Shown: positions 29,011 through 37,653 of the stretch, in pieces
Numbering within the stretch: the first letter of the stretch is position 1
How the letters are laid out: each line of letters starts with the position of its first letter
Assembly (NCBI GenBank): GCA_023245035.1
Contig: JAHFLD010000001.1
Span: 149,285-194,001, forward strand
Direction: 5' to 3'
Length of the DNA: 44,717 nucleotides
Source of the DNA: Candidatus Harrisonbacteria bacterium
GTDB lineage: Bacteria > Patescibacteriota > Minisyncoccia > UBA6257 > 1-14-0-10-40-38
Position numbers and translations under genes: made by a program
The notes under the pieces: generated by a model
Databases searched by the model: none
Seen by the model: the letters and a program-made list of their open reading frames with translations, nothing else
What the model was told of the DNA's origin: nothing

Positions 29011-29511
29011 ATGGAACTAGTTGCCGTCCTGTGTGACATTCGCAGTCTCCACAACGTCGCCTCCATTTTTCGAACCGCCGACGGCGCCGGTGTTAATAAG
29101 ATTTTTCTTTGCGGTATCACGCCGACTCCGCTGGATCGGTTCAAAAAAGTTCGCCAGCCGTTTGCCAAGGTCGCTCTCGGCGCCGAATCATTCTTGGCTT
29201 GGGAAAAGAAATCCTCGGTGACCGAGTGCGTTCATGAGCTCAAAAAAGATGGCTACGCCATTATAGCGGTTGAACAAACGCCCGCTTCAAAACCCTACGA
29301 TCAAACTCTTTCAGCCATTGCCGCGGCTAATCCCAAACTAGCGCTAGTCATAGGTAACGAGGTCAATGGACTCAAACCTGCTATTATTAAACTTGCCGAC
29401 CACGTGATTGAAATACCGATGCTTGGTCGCAAAGAATCCCTAAACGTCGCCGTGGCCTTTGGCGTTGTCGCCTTTGAGACGCGCAAAAATATAAAACCCA
29501 CACCCCAATAA
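29011..29511 (+). CDS. SpoU/TrmH-family RNA 2'-O-methyltransferase
   Basis: Contains LHNVASIFRTADGAGV, LVIGNEVNGL and ESLNVAVAFGV (SPOUT motifs). ATG at 29011; alternatives at 28981 and 28942. Confidence 0.8.
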   Translation: MELVAVLCDIRSLHNVASIFRTADGAGVNKIFLCGITPTPLDRFKKVRQPFAKVALGAESFLAWEKKSSVTECVHELKKDGYAIIAVEQTPASKPYDQTLSAIAAANPKLALVIGNEVNGLKPAIIKLADHVIEIPMLGRKESLNVAVAFGVVAFETRKNIKPTPQ

Positions 29512-29528
29512 TCTACCTAGCGTTCTTT

Positions 29529-29591
29529 GGTGCCGTCCCTATAAATTATTCGTTCATTCGCCCGCCCTTATTTAACCCTCGGCACTTTTTT
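29529..29591 (+). terminator. terminator-like long-loop stem plus T6
   Basis: GGTGCCG (29529-29535) pairs with CGGCAC(T) (29580-29586), followed by TTTTTT. The 44-nt loop carries an ATTCGCCCGCCC repeat fragment. Confidence 0.3.
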
Positions 29592-29596
29592 GCAGT

Positions 29597-29647
29597 TATT
29601 CGTATATTCGTACTAATTCGTAAATTCGTAACCTTAGTAATTTCGTA
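29597..29647 (+). promoter_or_regulatory. tandem ATTCGTA array upstream of DUF192 gene
   Basis: ATTCGTA at 29598, 29606, 29616 and 29624, plus TTTCGTA at 29641. The ATG is at 29653. Confidence 0.5.
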
Positions 29648-29652
29648 ATCTT

Positions 29653-30105
29653 ATGAAAAACTCCATCACCCTCATAGCAGCTTGCGCGGTACTTTTAGTT
29701 GTTGTTGGCGTTTGGTTTGTGGTGACCAAACCGCGACCCCATCGGGCACTCTCAACCATTAAAATCGGTCAGGCGCAATACGAAGTGGAAGTCGCGCGTT
29801 CCGCAGCCCAACAGGCCCGTGGACTTTCTTTTCGCGAATCACTAGCCCAAGATCGGGGCATGCTTTTTGTTTTCAAAGAACCCTCCACCCAGCGCTTTTG
29901 GATGTTTGGCATGAAGATACCCCTGGATTTTGTGTGGATAAGAGATGGGGCAGTCGTCGCTCTTTCCGAAAACATCCCGCCGCCCAGAAAATCTCCGCCC
30001 GCCATCGTCTCGCCGGATGAACCGGCCGATCAAGTTTTGGAAATCAACGCCGGTGAAATCAAACGACGGGAAATTAAGATTGGCGATCCCGTGAGCTACG
30101 AATAG
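29653..30105 (+). CDS. DUF192-family protein with signal anchor
   Basis: Contains GLSFRESL..DRGMLFVF......FWM.GM.IPLD..W, typical of DUF192/COG1430. Confidence 0.75.
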   Translation: MKNSITLIAACAVLLVVVGVWFVVTKPRPHRALSTIKIGQAQYEVEVARSAAQQARGLSFRESLAQDRGMLFVFKEPSTQRFWMFGMKIPLDFVWIRDGAVVALSENIPPPRKSPPAIVSPDEPADQVLEINAGEIKRREIKIGDPVSYE

Positions 30106-30194
30106 CACAAAATTTTCCTTCGTATCATTCCTGCCTGCCGCAGGTAGGCGCGTTCGATTAATTTCGCATCGGTTATGCCCAACGCTTAATCTGA

Positions 30195-30200
30195 TATACT
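30195..30200 (+). promoter_or_regulatory. -10-like TATACT, 6 nt before gap ATG
   Basis: TATACT-AATTGT-ATG, with no SD in the gap. Confidence 0.4.
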
Positions 30201-30206
30201 AATTGT

Positions 30207-31247
30207 ATGAAAAAAATCCGCGTTGCTATTAACGGCTTCGGCAGAATCGGGCGACTTTTTTTGCGGCAGGTGATTGAATCTCCGGAAATAGAAGTTGTTG
30301 CCATTAACGACTTGGGTAGCGTGGAAAATCTGGCTTATCTTCTGGAATATGACTCCGTCTATCATCGCTTTCCAGCAACCATTAAAGCCAAGCTGGCGCT
30401 GGGCAAAAACCGTCTCGTTGTCGGCGGCAAAGATATAATAATGTTGCAGGAAAAAGACCCGGCCAAGCTCCCCTGGGGCGATTTGCGGATTGATGTGGCG
30501 ATTGAATCAACCGGATTTTTTGAGGAATACGCCGCCGCTCGCGCCCATCGGACGGCTGGTGCCAAACACGTCGTGATCAGCGCTCCGGCCAAAGACAATG
30601 ACGGCCCCTCCGGCAAAACGGTTTTGGTCGGCGTGAACGACGACGAATCTTTAGATGGAGTCAGTATCACTTCCAACGGTTCTTGCACCACCAACGCCGC
30701 CTCGCCGGTTATCACCATCATGTCGGAAAAATTAGGCATCAAAAAAGCCATTTTAAACACGGTTCACGGCTACACCGCGACGCAAAATTTAAATGACGGC
30801 CCAACCAAGGGCAAGGATTTTCGCCGCGGCCGCTCGGCCGGATTAAACATCGTGCCTTCAACCACCGGTGCCGCCATTTCCGTAACTCGCGCCCTGCCGA
30901 ATCTCGCGGACAAGTTTGATGGTATTGCCTTTCGCGTTCCGGTTGCCGCGGGTTCCGTCGCCGACATTACCTTTATCGCCAAACGAAAAACCTCCGTCGC
31001 CGAAGTCAACGCCATTTTCAAAAAAGCCGCGACCGAAGCGCGTTGGAAAGGCATCCTCAAAGTCACCGAAGATCAAATCGTCTCCTCCGACATCATCGGC
31101 CAGCCCTACGGCGCGATTGTGGATCTTAACTTCACCAAAGTCGTGGACGGCGACTTGGTGAAAGTCATCTCCTGGTACGATAACGAATGGGGGTATGTGA
31201 GTACGTTGGTGCGACACGTTCAAGTCATAGGAAAGTTGCTTGGCTAA
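30207..31247 (+). CDS. gap: glyceraldehyde-3-phosphate dehydrogenase
   Basis: INGFGRIGR NAD motif and catalytic SCTTN. 346 aa. Confidence 0.93.
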   Translation: MKKIRVAINGFGRIGRLFLRQVIESPEIEVVAINDLGSVENLAYLLEYDSVYHRFPATIKAKLALGKNRLVVGGKDIIMLQEKDPAKLPWGDLRIDVAIESTGFFEEYAAARAHRTAGAKHVVISAPAKDNDGPSGKTVLVGVNDDESLDGVSITSNGSCTTNAASPVITIMSEKLGIKKAILNTVHGYTATQNLNDGPTKGKDFRRGRSAGLNIVPSTTGAAISVTRALPNLADKFDGIAFRVPVAAGSVADITFIAKRKTSVAEVNAIFKKAATEARWKGILKVTEDQIVSSDIIGQPYGAIVDLNFTKVVDGDLVKVISWYDNEWGYVSTLVRHVQVIGKLLG

Positions 31248-31251
31248 AAAC

Positions 31252-31560
31252 ATGAAAAACAAAAAGAGCAACAATGGAAAAATGACGATAGAGAAGTTGG
31301 CGAATATGAGCCAGCGTGAGTTCGTCGCCATTCGATCTGAAATAAAGGAAGGCTTTGATGGTGTGCACGAAGAAATGGGAACTATGAAAGAAGACATAGG
31401 CATTCTTCGTCGCGACATGGAAGCGGGTTTTCAAGGCGTGAGCGAAGGAATGAAAGCCATTATGGTCAAACTTAACTCAATTCAAGCCGATGTTATTGAA
31501 ATTCACGATCTTCGTGGCCGCGTGGAGCGCCTAGAAAAGAAGGTTGGGCTGCAAAAATAA
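31252..31560 (+). CDS. small coiled-coil protein of unknown function
   Basis: ATG at 31252, after the gap stop. Internal duplicated motif (E/K)(G/A)GF(D/Q)GV(H/S)E(E/G)M and a heptad-like C-terminus. Confidence 0.5.
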   Translation: MKNKKSNNGKMTIEKLANMSQREFVAIRSEIKEGFDGVHEEMGTMKEDIGILRRDMEAGFQGVSEGMKAIMVKLNSIQADVIEIHDLRGRVERLEKKVGLQK

Positions 31561-31611
31561 AAAAATCGCCACCAGTTGCCGTTTTCGCCAGTTTTGTTAG
31601 CGTGGTAGTGA

Positions 31612-32667
31612 ATGACGCCACAAAAAGCTTTATCGGTAATGATGATTATGACAAGCGGACTCGCGCTTGGCATTTTTTTCCAAAATCGTCAGGAATATTT
31701 TGCAAATCTCCATAGCCAAATTCAGCGTCAAAATCTTGCTTCAGCCGTTACTTCTCATCAACTCACCCAAGCAATTCTTGAGGCCCCCTCCGGTTTTAGC
31801 CCTAAACCATACGTCCTACTCTTCGCCGGCGACATCATGCTCTCTCGCGCGGTGGGTAAAAAAATTCAAAAAGCCGGCGATCAAAATTTCCCCTTCCTCA
31901 AAATCGCGGATACGATTCGTTCCGCCGATTTTGCCTTTGCCAATTTGGAAAATCCCATCTCCAATCACGGATCAAATCAAGGAAGTATTTACTCCTTTCG
32001 CGCCGACCCAAAAACCGCTGAAGGGCTAACCTTTGCCGGCTTTGACGCCGCCTCTATTGCCAACAATCATATCTGGGACTGGGGGAGTGAAGCTCTGCTC
32101 GACACCATAAACATTCTCAAAGAACACCACATCATTCCTCTCGGCGCCGGAAAAGATTTTGCGTCAGCTAATGCTCCTCAATTTTTCACCCTGGGCAACA
32201 CCCGTCTTGCCCTTCTGGCCTTTACCACTCTCTATCCCAAAAGTTTGGAGGCCACGGCCAAAACTTTCGGCGTGAGCAATCCCGACCTTGCAAACATCAA
32301 GAGCCAAATCGCCCTGGCCAGAAACGAAGCGGATCTCGTCATCGTCTCGCTTCACTGGGGCGACGAATATCAAACTCATTCCAACCGAAGCCAGCAACAA
32401 CTGGCGCGCGCCATCATTGATTCCGGCGCCAACCTCGTGATCGGCCATCATCCCCATGTCTTGCAAGAGATGGAAGAATATCACGGCGGTTACATCTTCT
32501 ACAGCCTCGGTAATTTTATCTTTGATCAAAATTTTTCCGAAGTCACTCGTCTGGGCGGACTGGCCAGGGTAATTATCCGCCATCAAAAAATCGAAAGCGT
32601 GGAAATCATTCCGATTCGGATCAATGACCAATTTCAACCCGAACCCGCCACCACCTCTTTACCCTAA
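31612..32667 (+). CDS. CapA/PGA_cap-family metallophosphatase-like protein, membrane anchored
   Basis: Contains GDIMLSR, ANLENP, ANNH, SLHWGDEY and GHHPH motifs. Confidence 0.8.
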   Translation: MTPQKALSVMMIMTSGLALGIFFQNRQEYFANLHSQIQRQNLASAVTSHQLTQAILEAPSGFSPKPYVLLFAGDIMLSRAVGKKIQKAGDQNFPFLKIADTIRSADFAFANLENPISNHGSNQGSIYSFRADPKTAEGLTFAGFDAASIANNHIWDWGSEALLDTINILKEHHIIPLGAGKDFASANAPQFFTLGNTRLALLAFTTLYPKSLEATAKTFGVSNPDLANIKSQIALARNEADLVIVSLHWGDEYQTHSNRSQQQLARAIIDSGANLVIGHHPHVLQEMEEYHGGYIFYSLGNFIFDQNFSEVTRLGGLARVIIRHQKIESVEIIPIRINDQFQPEPATTSLP

Positions 32668-32692
32668 AGGCCTTACCCTTTACCCTAATACT

Positions 32693-33145
32693 ATGACCAT
32701 CTTTATCGGCGCCGACCATCGCGGGTTTGATCTCAAAAAAATTCTCAAAGCCCACTTGGTTAAAAAGGAATATACCGTCATTGACCTGGGCAGTCACGAA
32801 TTGGTTCCGGACGACGATTATCCCGATATTGCCTACGCTGTCGCCAAAAAAGTCAGTGAAAATCCGCAAGAAAATAGGGGGATCTTGCTCTGTGGTTCGG
32901 GCGTCGGCGTCTCTGTCGTTGCCAACCGCCTCACGGGCGTGCGCGCGGCGCTCGTCTCAAGCGTAGAGCAAGCTAAAGCTTCCCGCACCGACGACGATGC
33001 CAATATTCTAGCCATCGCCGCCGACTTCACCTCCACCGTAGCCGCCAAACGCCTCACGGATGCCTGGCTTAATACGCACTTTTCGCACGACGAACGCCAC
33101 CATCGCCGCGTCAAAAAAACCGACTCGCTGTTTTTGAAAGACTAG
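32693..33145 (+). CDS. rpiB: ribose-5-phosphate isomerase B
   Basis: Contains MTIFIGADHRGF and LLCGSGVGVSVVANR (the RpiB Cys motif). ATG at 32693. Confidence 0.9.
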   Translation: MTIFIGADHRGFDLKKILKAHLVKKEYTVIDLGSHELVPDDDYPDIAYAVAKKVSENPQENRGILLCGSGVGVSVVANRLTGVRAALVSSVEQAKASRTDDDANILAIAADFTSTVAAKRLTDAWLNTHFSHDERHHRRVKKTDSLFLKD

Positions 33146-33204
33146 AGTATAGAAAAGTTATAAACACCCCGCAAAAAAAGGTATACAATTAAGAGAAACT
33201 CCAC

Positions 33205-34281
33205 ATGACCAACCACCCGCGCTTCTACGCCCTCTTCGGTCTCCTCATGCTCACCATCGTCATGATGGTCATGAATCTTAACTTCAAGACCGGCCAGATA
33301 TCCACCGAAGTCAACAACCTTCTAGCCCAGGTTTATAATCCAAGCCAGCAACCGACTCAGCCGGCCACTACCGGTGAACCGATCGTAAAAAAATATTTTT
33401 GTCAGGAAGTTCCCGGCTCCAGCAGATACGCCGGTTGGCCAAGTAGCAGTAATCCAAACATCAACAACCTTATTGGCAATCAAGGCATCAAACCCAAGAT
33501 AGACGAAAATCAGCCAGGGTGGGGAATTAGCTGGAAAGCCAAGCACCCTCCATTAGATGTTCTACGCGGAGGAGGGACGATTGTTTTTCTAAATGCCAAT
33601 GTCAATAGTCTTGGAGATAAAACAGAATATAAAAACATTGTTAAATATTTTTATGACGAATGTCAGAATCCCGAAGGAACTTCTCCTACGAGTGAAGATG
33701 GGGAGTTCATCAAAAGTGGCTATTATAACTACAAAGGGAAAACCCATGAGTTTGAAGATCTGAAGGTAAAGAGGGATATCGGCAAAAATTGCTACCTTCC
33801 GCCAGCAATACCCGCGCAAGTAGGAGGAGGCAACACCGGCACCGGTGGTGCGACTGGTGGCGGGACTGGCGGGAACACGCCAAAATTTAATCCGCCCCTA
33901 GGCGGCACAACCAGTGGTGGCGGTAACCCACCGGTAGATGTCGGAGGCAACAACCCCGAGGGTGGCAATAATCAAAACCAAACCGACGCTAATAGTGAGA
34001 TCTTTGACCACTCAATTCTGGCGGAAACCAATTGCACAGATCAGATTGAATATAAGTTTCTTACCTCAAAAAAGAAGGTGGGGGAGGTTGTATTAAGTGG
34101 CGACACACCACCGGCTTTGGATCTTGTGGGGCCAACACGACCCCGGAATAACCCTAATCCTTCTCGCTTCGCATTCATCAGCGCCCTCCCGGTGGCATAT
34201 CAAAATGATTACAATAAAGAAATGCTACACATTATGTCCCAATGGAGAACCAAATCCAGGGTTTGGGGTTTTCTCCCATGA
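33205..34281 (+). CDS. secreted/anchored Gly/Asn/Pro-rich protein of unknown function, paralog B
   Basis: The first 129 aa are identical to paralog A (first difference at residue 130). Two divergent cassettes at about aa 130-200 and about aa 294-352. Confidence 0.75.
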   Translation: MTNHPRFYALFGLLMLTIVMMVMNLNFKTGQISTEVNNLLAQVYNPSQQPTQPATTGEPIVKKYFCQEVPGSSRYAGWPSSSNPNINNLIGNQGIKPKIDENQPGWGISWKAKHPPLDVLRGGGTIVFLNANVNSLGDKTEYKNIVKYFYDECQNPEGTSPTSEDGEFIKSGYYNYKGKTHEFEDLKVKRDIGKNCYLPPAIPAQVGGGNTGTGGATGGGTGGNTPKFNPPLGGTTSGGGNPPVDVGGNNPEGGNNQNQTDANSEIFDHSILAETNCTDQIEYKFLTSKKKVGEVVLSGDTPPALDLVGPTRPRNNPNPSRFAFISALPVAYQNDYNKEMLHIMSQWRTKSRVWGFLP

Positions 34282-34314
34282 CAATAGAAAAAATAATCTC
34301 CGTATTTCACCAAA

Positions 34315-34341
34315 CAACCCCGCATCCGCGGGGTTGTTTTT
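34315..34341 (+). terminator. intrinsic terminator
   Basis: CAACCCCGC / GCGGGGTTG form a 9-bp stem with a 4-nt loop, followed by TTTTT. Confidence 0.85.
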
Positions 34342-34364
34342 AGTTTCGCCTCTTAATCTAGACT

Positions 34365-34392
34365 TTGCGATTCACGCTTGGCGATTTATACT
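34365..34392 (+). promoter_or_regulatory. sigma70-like promoter TTGCGA-16-TATACT, 6 nt before rpe ATG
   Basis: Hexamers at 34365-34370 and 34387-34392. ATG at 34399. Confidence 0.45.
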
Positions 34393-34398
34393 ACCCTC

Positions 34399-35043
34399 AT
34401 GCAAGTCATCCCCGCCATCAACGAAATTTCTTTCTCGGCCGTCAGGGAAAAAGTTCGTATCCTCGCCCAGTTTCTTGAAGCCGGATCTTTTATTCACATT
34501 GATGTCGTGGACGGCGTTTTTGCTCCCAATGTTACTTGGGACGACATTGAAGAGTTCAAGGAACTCCGGCGCGAATTTCCAAACTTCAAATTCGAAATCC
34601 ACCTCATGGTGCAAAATCCCGAATCGGCAGTCGCCGCCTGGTGCATGGCCGGAGTCTCTCGCGTGGTTGTGCATTTGGAAACCATGACCGATCCCGCCTT
34701 AATCCGTAAACAAGCCGAACAATCCGGCAGTGAAGTCGTCCTCGCCATCACCGTCCCCACCGAAGCCGAAAGTCTCGTCGCTCACGCCGGGGATTTTAAA
34801 ATGTTTCAGATTTTAGGGGTTTTTCCGGGTATGGCCGGACAAAAATTCAAACACGAAGCGCTGGCCAAAATTACCTATCTGCGCAAGAAAGTACCCCATG
34901 CTATAATTGAAGTCGACGGCGGCATGGATGAAGAAACCGTAAAGCTGGTCAAAAACGCCGGCGCCGACCTGGTTGTCGTTTCTTCGTATATTTTTAGCAG
35001 TGAGCATCCGGAACAAGCCTACAAGGTCCTCACCGAAATCTAA
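34399..35043 (+). CDS. rpe: ribulose-phosphate 3-epimerase family protein
   Basis: Contains IPAI......, HIDVVDGVFAPNVT, and a C-terminal DGG...E.......GAD..V.GS pattern. Confidence 0.8.
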   Translation: MQVIPAINEISFSAVREKVRILAQFLEAGSFIHIDVVDGVFAPNVTWDDIEEFKELRREFPNFKFEIHLMVQNPESAVAAWCMAGVSRVVVHLETMTDPALIRKQAEQSGSEVVLAITVPTEAESLVAHAGDFKMFQILGVFPGMAGQKFKHEALAKITYLRKKVPHAIIEVDGGMDEETVKLVKNAGADLVVVSSYIFSSEHPEQAYKVLTEI

Positions 35044-35089
35044 CCTTCTTTGCGCTTATGATGTTCCACGCTAATCCATTCGTATACTT

Positions 35090-35138
35090 GCCCGTCCGTA
35101 GCCCTGCCGGCAGGCAGGTTTAGCGGAGGCGGGTTCGT
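35090..35138. repeat. nested-hairpin REP-like element, copy 1
   Basis: GCCCGTCCGTAGCCCTGCCGGCAGGCAGGTTTAGCGGAGGCGGGTTCGT, with inner stem CCTGCC/GGCAGG. Lies 47 nt after the rpe stop. Confidence 0.7.
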
Positions 35139-35141
35139 AAT

Positions 35142-35160
35142 AGATTCGTTATTCGTTGAT
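35142..35160 (+). promoter_or_regulatory. conserved 19-nt box AGATTCGTTATTCGTTGAT (copy 1)
   Basis: Exact copy, ending 5 nt before the tkt-N ATG. Confidence 0.6.
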
Positions 35161-35165
35161 TATCC

Positions 35166-36029
35166 ATGATTGAACCTCTTCACGACCGCAAACTTAAATT
35201 TTTGGAAGAAAAAGCGGTGCACATTCGCGAAAGCATCATTAGTATGCTTCTCGAAGCCGGCTCCGGACATTCAGCCGGGCCGCTTGGCATGGCCGATGTT
35301 TTTACCGCCCTTTATTTCCACAGTCTCCAACATAATCCGCGCAAGCCGGATTGGGACGAACGCGATCGTGTTATTCTTTCAAACGGCCACATTTGTCCGG
35401 TTCTCTACGCCACTCTCGCGCACGCCGGCTACTTTCCGCTTCATGAATTAAAAACCCTGCGAAAGTTGGGAACGCGCCTGCAAGGACACCCGCACCGCGG
35501 TATCCTGCCCGGCATTGAAAACACCTCGGGGCCGTTGGGTTCCGGTCTCTCGCAGGCCTGCGGCATGAGTCTGGCCGCGAGACTGGATAAAAAACGCCAT
35601 CATATTTACTGCTTAATGTCCGATGGCGAACACGATGCGGGCAACATTTGGGAGGCCGTCATGTTTGCCGGTAAGAATCGGCTTCATAACATTACCGCCA
35701 TCATCGACCGCAATAATATTCAAATTGACGGCGTCACCGAAGACATCATGCCACTTGAGCCGTTGCGCGATAAATACGAAGCTTTCAATTGGCACGTTCT
35801 TGAGGTCGACGGCCACAACATCCCGCAAATTGTCTCGGCCGTAAACGAAGCCAAGGCCATTTACGAAAAGCCGACCGTGATTATCGCCCACACGATTCCC
35901 GGCAAAGGGGTCAGTTTTATGGAAAGCGATTTTCGCTGGCACGGCAAACCGCCCAATCGCGCCGAGGCCAAACAAGCACTCCACGAACTCCGTACTTTGC
36001 AGGAAAAAATAACCAGCGAACATCAATAA
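35166..36029 (+). CDS. transketolase, N-terminal (TPP-binding) subunit
   Basis: Contains GHSAGPLGMADV, SNGH and MSDGEHDAGNIWEA. 287 aa, so this is the split form. Confidence 0.9.
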   Translation: MIEPLHDRKLKFLEEKAVHIRESIISMLLEAGSGHSAGPLGMADVFTALYFHSLQHNPRKPDWDERDRVILSNGHICPVLYATLAHAGYFPLHELKTLRKLGTRLQGHPHRGILPGIENTSGPLGSGLSQACGMSLAARLDKKRHHIYCLMSDGEHDAGNIWEAVMFAGKNRLHNITAIIDRNNIQIDGVTEDIMPLEPLRDKYEAFNWHVLEVDGHNIPQIVSAVNEAKAIYEKPTVIIAHTIPGKGVSFMESDFRWHGKPPNRAEAKQALHELRTLQEKITSEHQ

Positions 36030-36041
36030 AAATAAAAAAAT

Positions 36042-36575
36042 ATGAAAGTCATCAATTTAATTCTGGGACTCGCGACCGCCATTATCATCGCCGCCTTGGC
36101 TCACTTGGGCATCAAGGCCTTTCACCCCGAGCCGATTCAACCACAACCGGATATTCTCTCCGCCAAGCCATTCCGCGAGTTTAACTGCGAGAAAGGGGAC
36201 AAGGAATGTCTTGCCGAGCAAAACGCCTTCTATGCCGAGCAAGACAAGCAAAATCAGGTAGAGCAGTTGCGCTATCGCGCCTACGAAGCCGAATTAAAAG
36301 TCTATAATCGCGACTTCTTTATTCTGGCCAACATCATCGGTATTCTGGTTTTTGTCGGCGGTTTTCTCTTGATTTTCCAAGCTGGCATCGCCACTCACAG
36401 CGTTGGCCTCGGCGTGATGATTGCTGGTCTCTACAATATTATCAGCGGCTATGTGCGTGGTTGGGACAGTACCAACGATCAGTTAAAGTTTTTTGTCGGC
36501 CTCATAGTTGCCGGCTTGATTATCGGCGGCAGTATCTGGCTGATGCAACGTTACGCCGCGCGCAAGAAAAACTAG
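36042..36575 (+). CDS. hypothetical 4-TM membrane protein inserted between the transketolase subunit genes
   Basis: N-terminal TM, a Cys-containing polar loop, and three C-terminal TM segments. No family recognised. Confidence 0.6.
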   Translation: MKVINLILGLATAIIIAALAHLGIKAFHPEPIQPQPDILSAKPFREFNCEKGDKECLAEQNAFYAEQDKQNQVEQLRYRAYEAELKVYNRDFFILANIIGILVFVGGFLLIFQAGIATHSVGLGVMIAGLYNIISGYVRGWDSTNDQLKFFVGLIVAGLIIGGSIWLMQRYAARKKN

Positions 36576-36626
36576 TTGAAAATAATTTTCCCCTCAACCT
36601 CTGTCCAAAATTTACCTCTGCTCTCT

Positions 36627-37619
36627 ATGCTCAACCCCGAAGCCAAGCTCAACCCAAAGATTTTTGATGCCGATTTGGAGCAAAAGCCCATCCGCCACGG
36701 TTACGGCGAAGGGCTTTTGATTGCGGGTGAGACGGATAAAAACATCGTGGTTCTCTGCGCCGATCTTAGTGAATCAACTCGCTCTCTAGGTTTTCAGGAA
36801 AAATTTCCGGAGCGCTTCGTAGAAATCGGCGTTGCCGAACAAAACCTGGCGGCCGTTGCCGCCGGTCTTGGCGTTTCCGGCAAGATTCCCTTTATTTCTT
36901 CCTACGCCATGTTTTCTCCCGGCCGAAACTGGGAGCAGATTCGCACCACTTGTTGTTACAACAATTCCAACGTCAAAATCGCCGGCGCCCACGCCGGAGT
37001 CTCGGTTGGTCCCGATGGCGCCACTCATCAGGCCGTGGAAGACATCGCTATCATGCGCGTCATTCCCAATATGAAAGTCGTCGTTCCCTGCGATGCCATT
37101 GAAGCCAAAAAAGCCACCATTGCCGCCGCCAAAATCTGGGGTCCCGTCTACCTGCGATTCGCTCGCGAAAAAACTCCGGTGATTACCACCGAGGAGACGC
37201 CCTTTGCGCCCGGCAAGGCCATGATCTACTGGCAGTCCAAAAAACCCGAAGTGGCGCTTGTCGCCTGCGGTCAGCTCGTCTACCACGCCCTCGTCGCCGC
37301 TAGTGAACTGGAAAAAGAAAAAATCGGCAGCATCGTAGTCAATCTCAACACTATCAAACCGCTCGATGAGTCGGTGATTCATGAAGTCGCCAAAAAATGC
37401 GGAGCGGTAGTCGCCGTTGAAGAGCATCAAATCCACGGAGGAATGGGGAGCGCGGTCGCCGAATTTCTCGCTTCCAAATTTCCGGTGCCGATGGAATTTA
37501 TCGGCATGCGCGACACCTTCGGCGAATCCGGCGAGCCCAATGAGCTGCTCATAAAATATGGCATGAGTGTTGGCCACATCAAATCCTCCGCCAAAAAAGC
37601 TATTAAGCGCAAGCACTAA
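36627..37619 (+). CDS. transketolase, C-terminal (pyrimidine-binding) subunit
   Basis: Contains R.GYGEGL, EIGVAEQNLAAVAAGL and GPDGATHQAVEDIA. ATG at 36627 rather than TTG at 36576. Confidence 0.9.
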   Translation: MLNPEAKLNPKIFDADLEQKPIRHGYGEGLLIAGETDKNIVVLCADLSESTRSLGFQEKFPERFVEIGVAEQNLAAVAAGLGVSGKIPFISSYAMFSPGRNWEQIRTTCCYNNSNVKIAGAHAGVSVGPDGATHQAVEDIAIMRVIPNMKVVVPCDAIEAKKATIAAAKIWGPVYLRFAREKTPVITTEETPFAPGKAMIYWQSKKPEVALVACGQLVYHALVAASELEKEKIGSIVVNLNTIKPLDESVIHEVAKKCGAVVAVEEHQIHGGMGSAVAEFLASKFPVPMEFIGMRDTFGESGEPNELLIKYGMSVGHIKSSAKKAIKRKH

Positions 37620-37653
37620 GGGCACATCTCGAATTCCTTTTGTTTGTAAACTC

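Larger units (their letters stand above)
33157..34341 (+). repeat. direct repeat copy B (about 1.2 kb, contains paralog B)
   Basis: See copy A. The offset of the identical tract is 5878 nt. Confidence 0.9.

Noticed and set aside
35121-35138. tRNA fragment or integration att site suggested by AGCGGAGGCGGGTTCG (T-arm-like) in the REP-like elements
   Set aside because: No complementary acceptor or T-stem 3' half (GAATCCCGCC...) follows, and no cloverleaf can be drawn. No integrase is nearby.
36786-37625. Long antisense/off-frame ORFs as genes: 36786-37625 minus, 24425-25063 minus, 22298-23032 plus, 30858-31418 minus, 43075-43761 minus, 761-1213 minus, 17129-17563 minus, and others
   Set aside because: Each lies entirely within, and antisense or out of frame to, a CDS with clear family signatures (tkt-C, trxB, sugar transferase, gap, the open-ended ORF, rSAM, dnaG leader). 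They have Arg/Gly/Ser-rich shadow-ORF composition.
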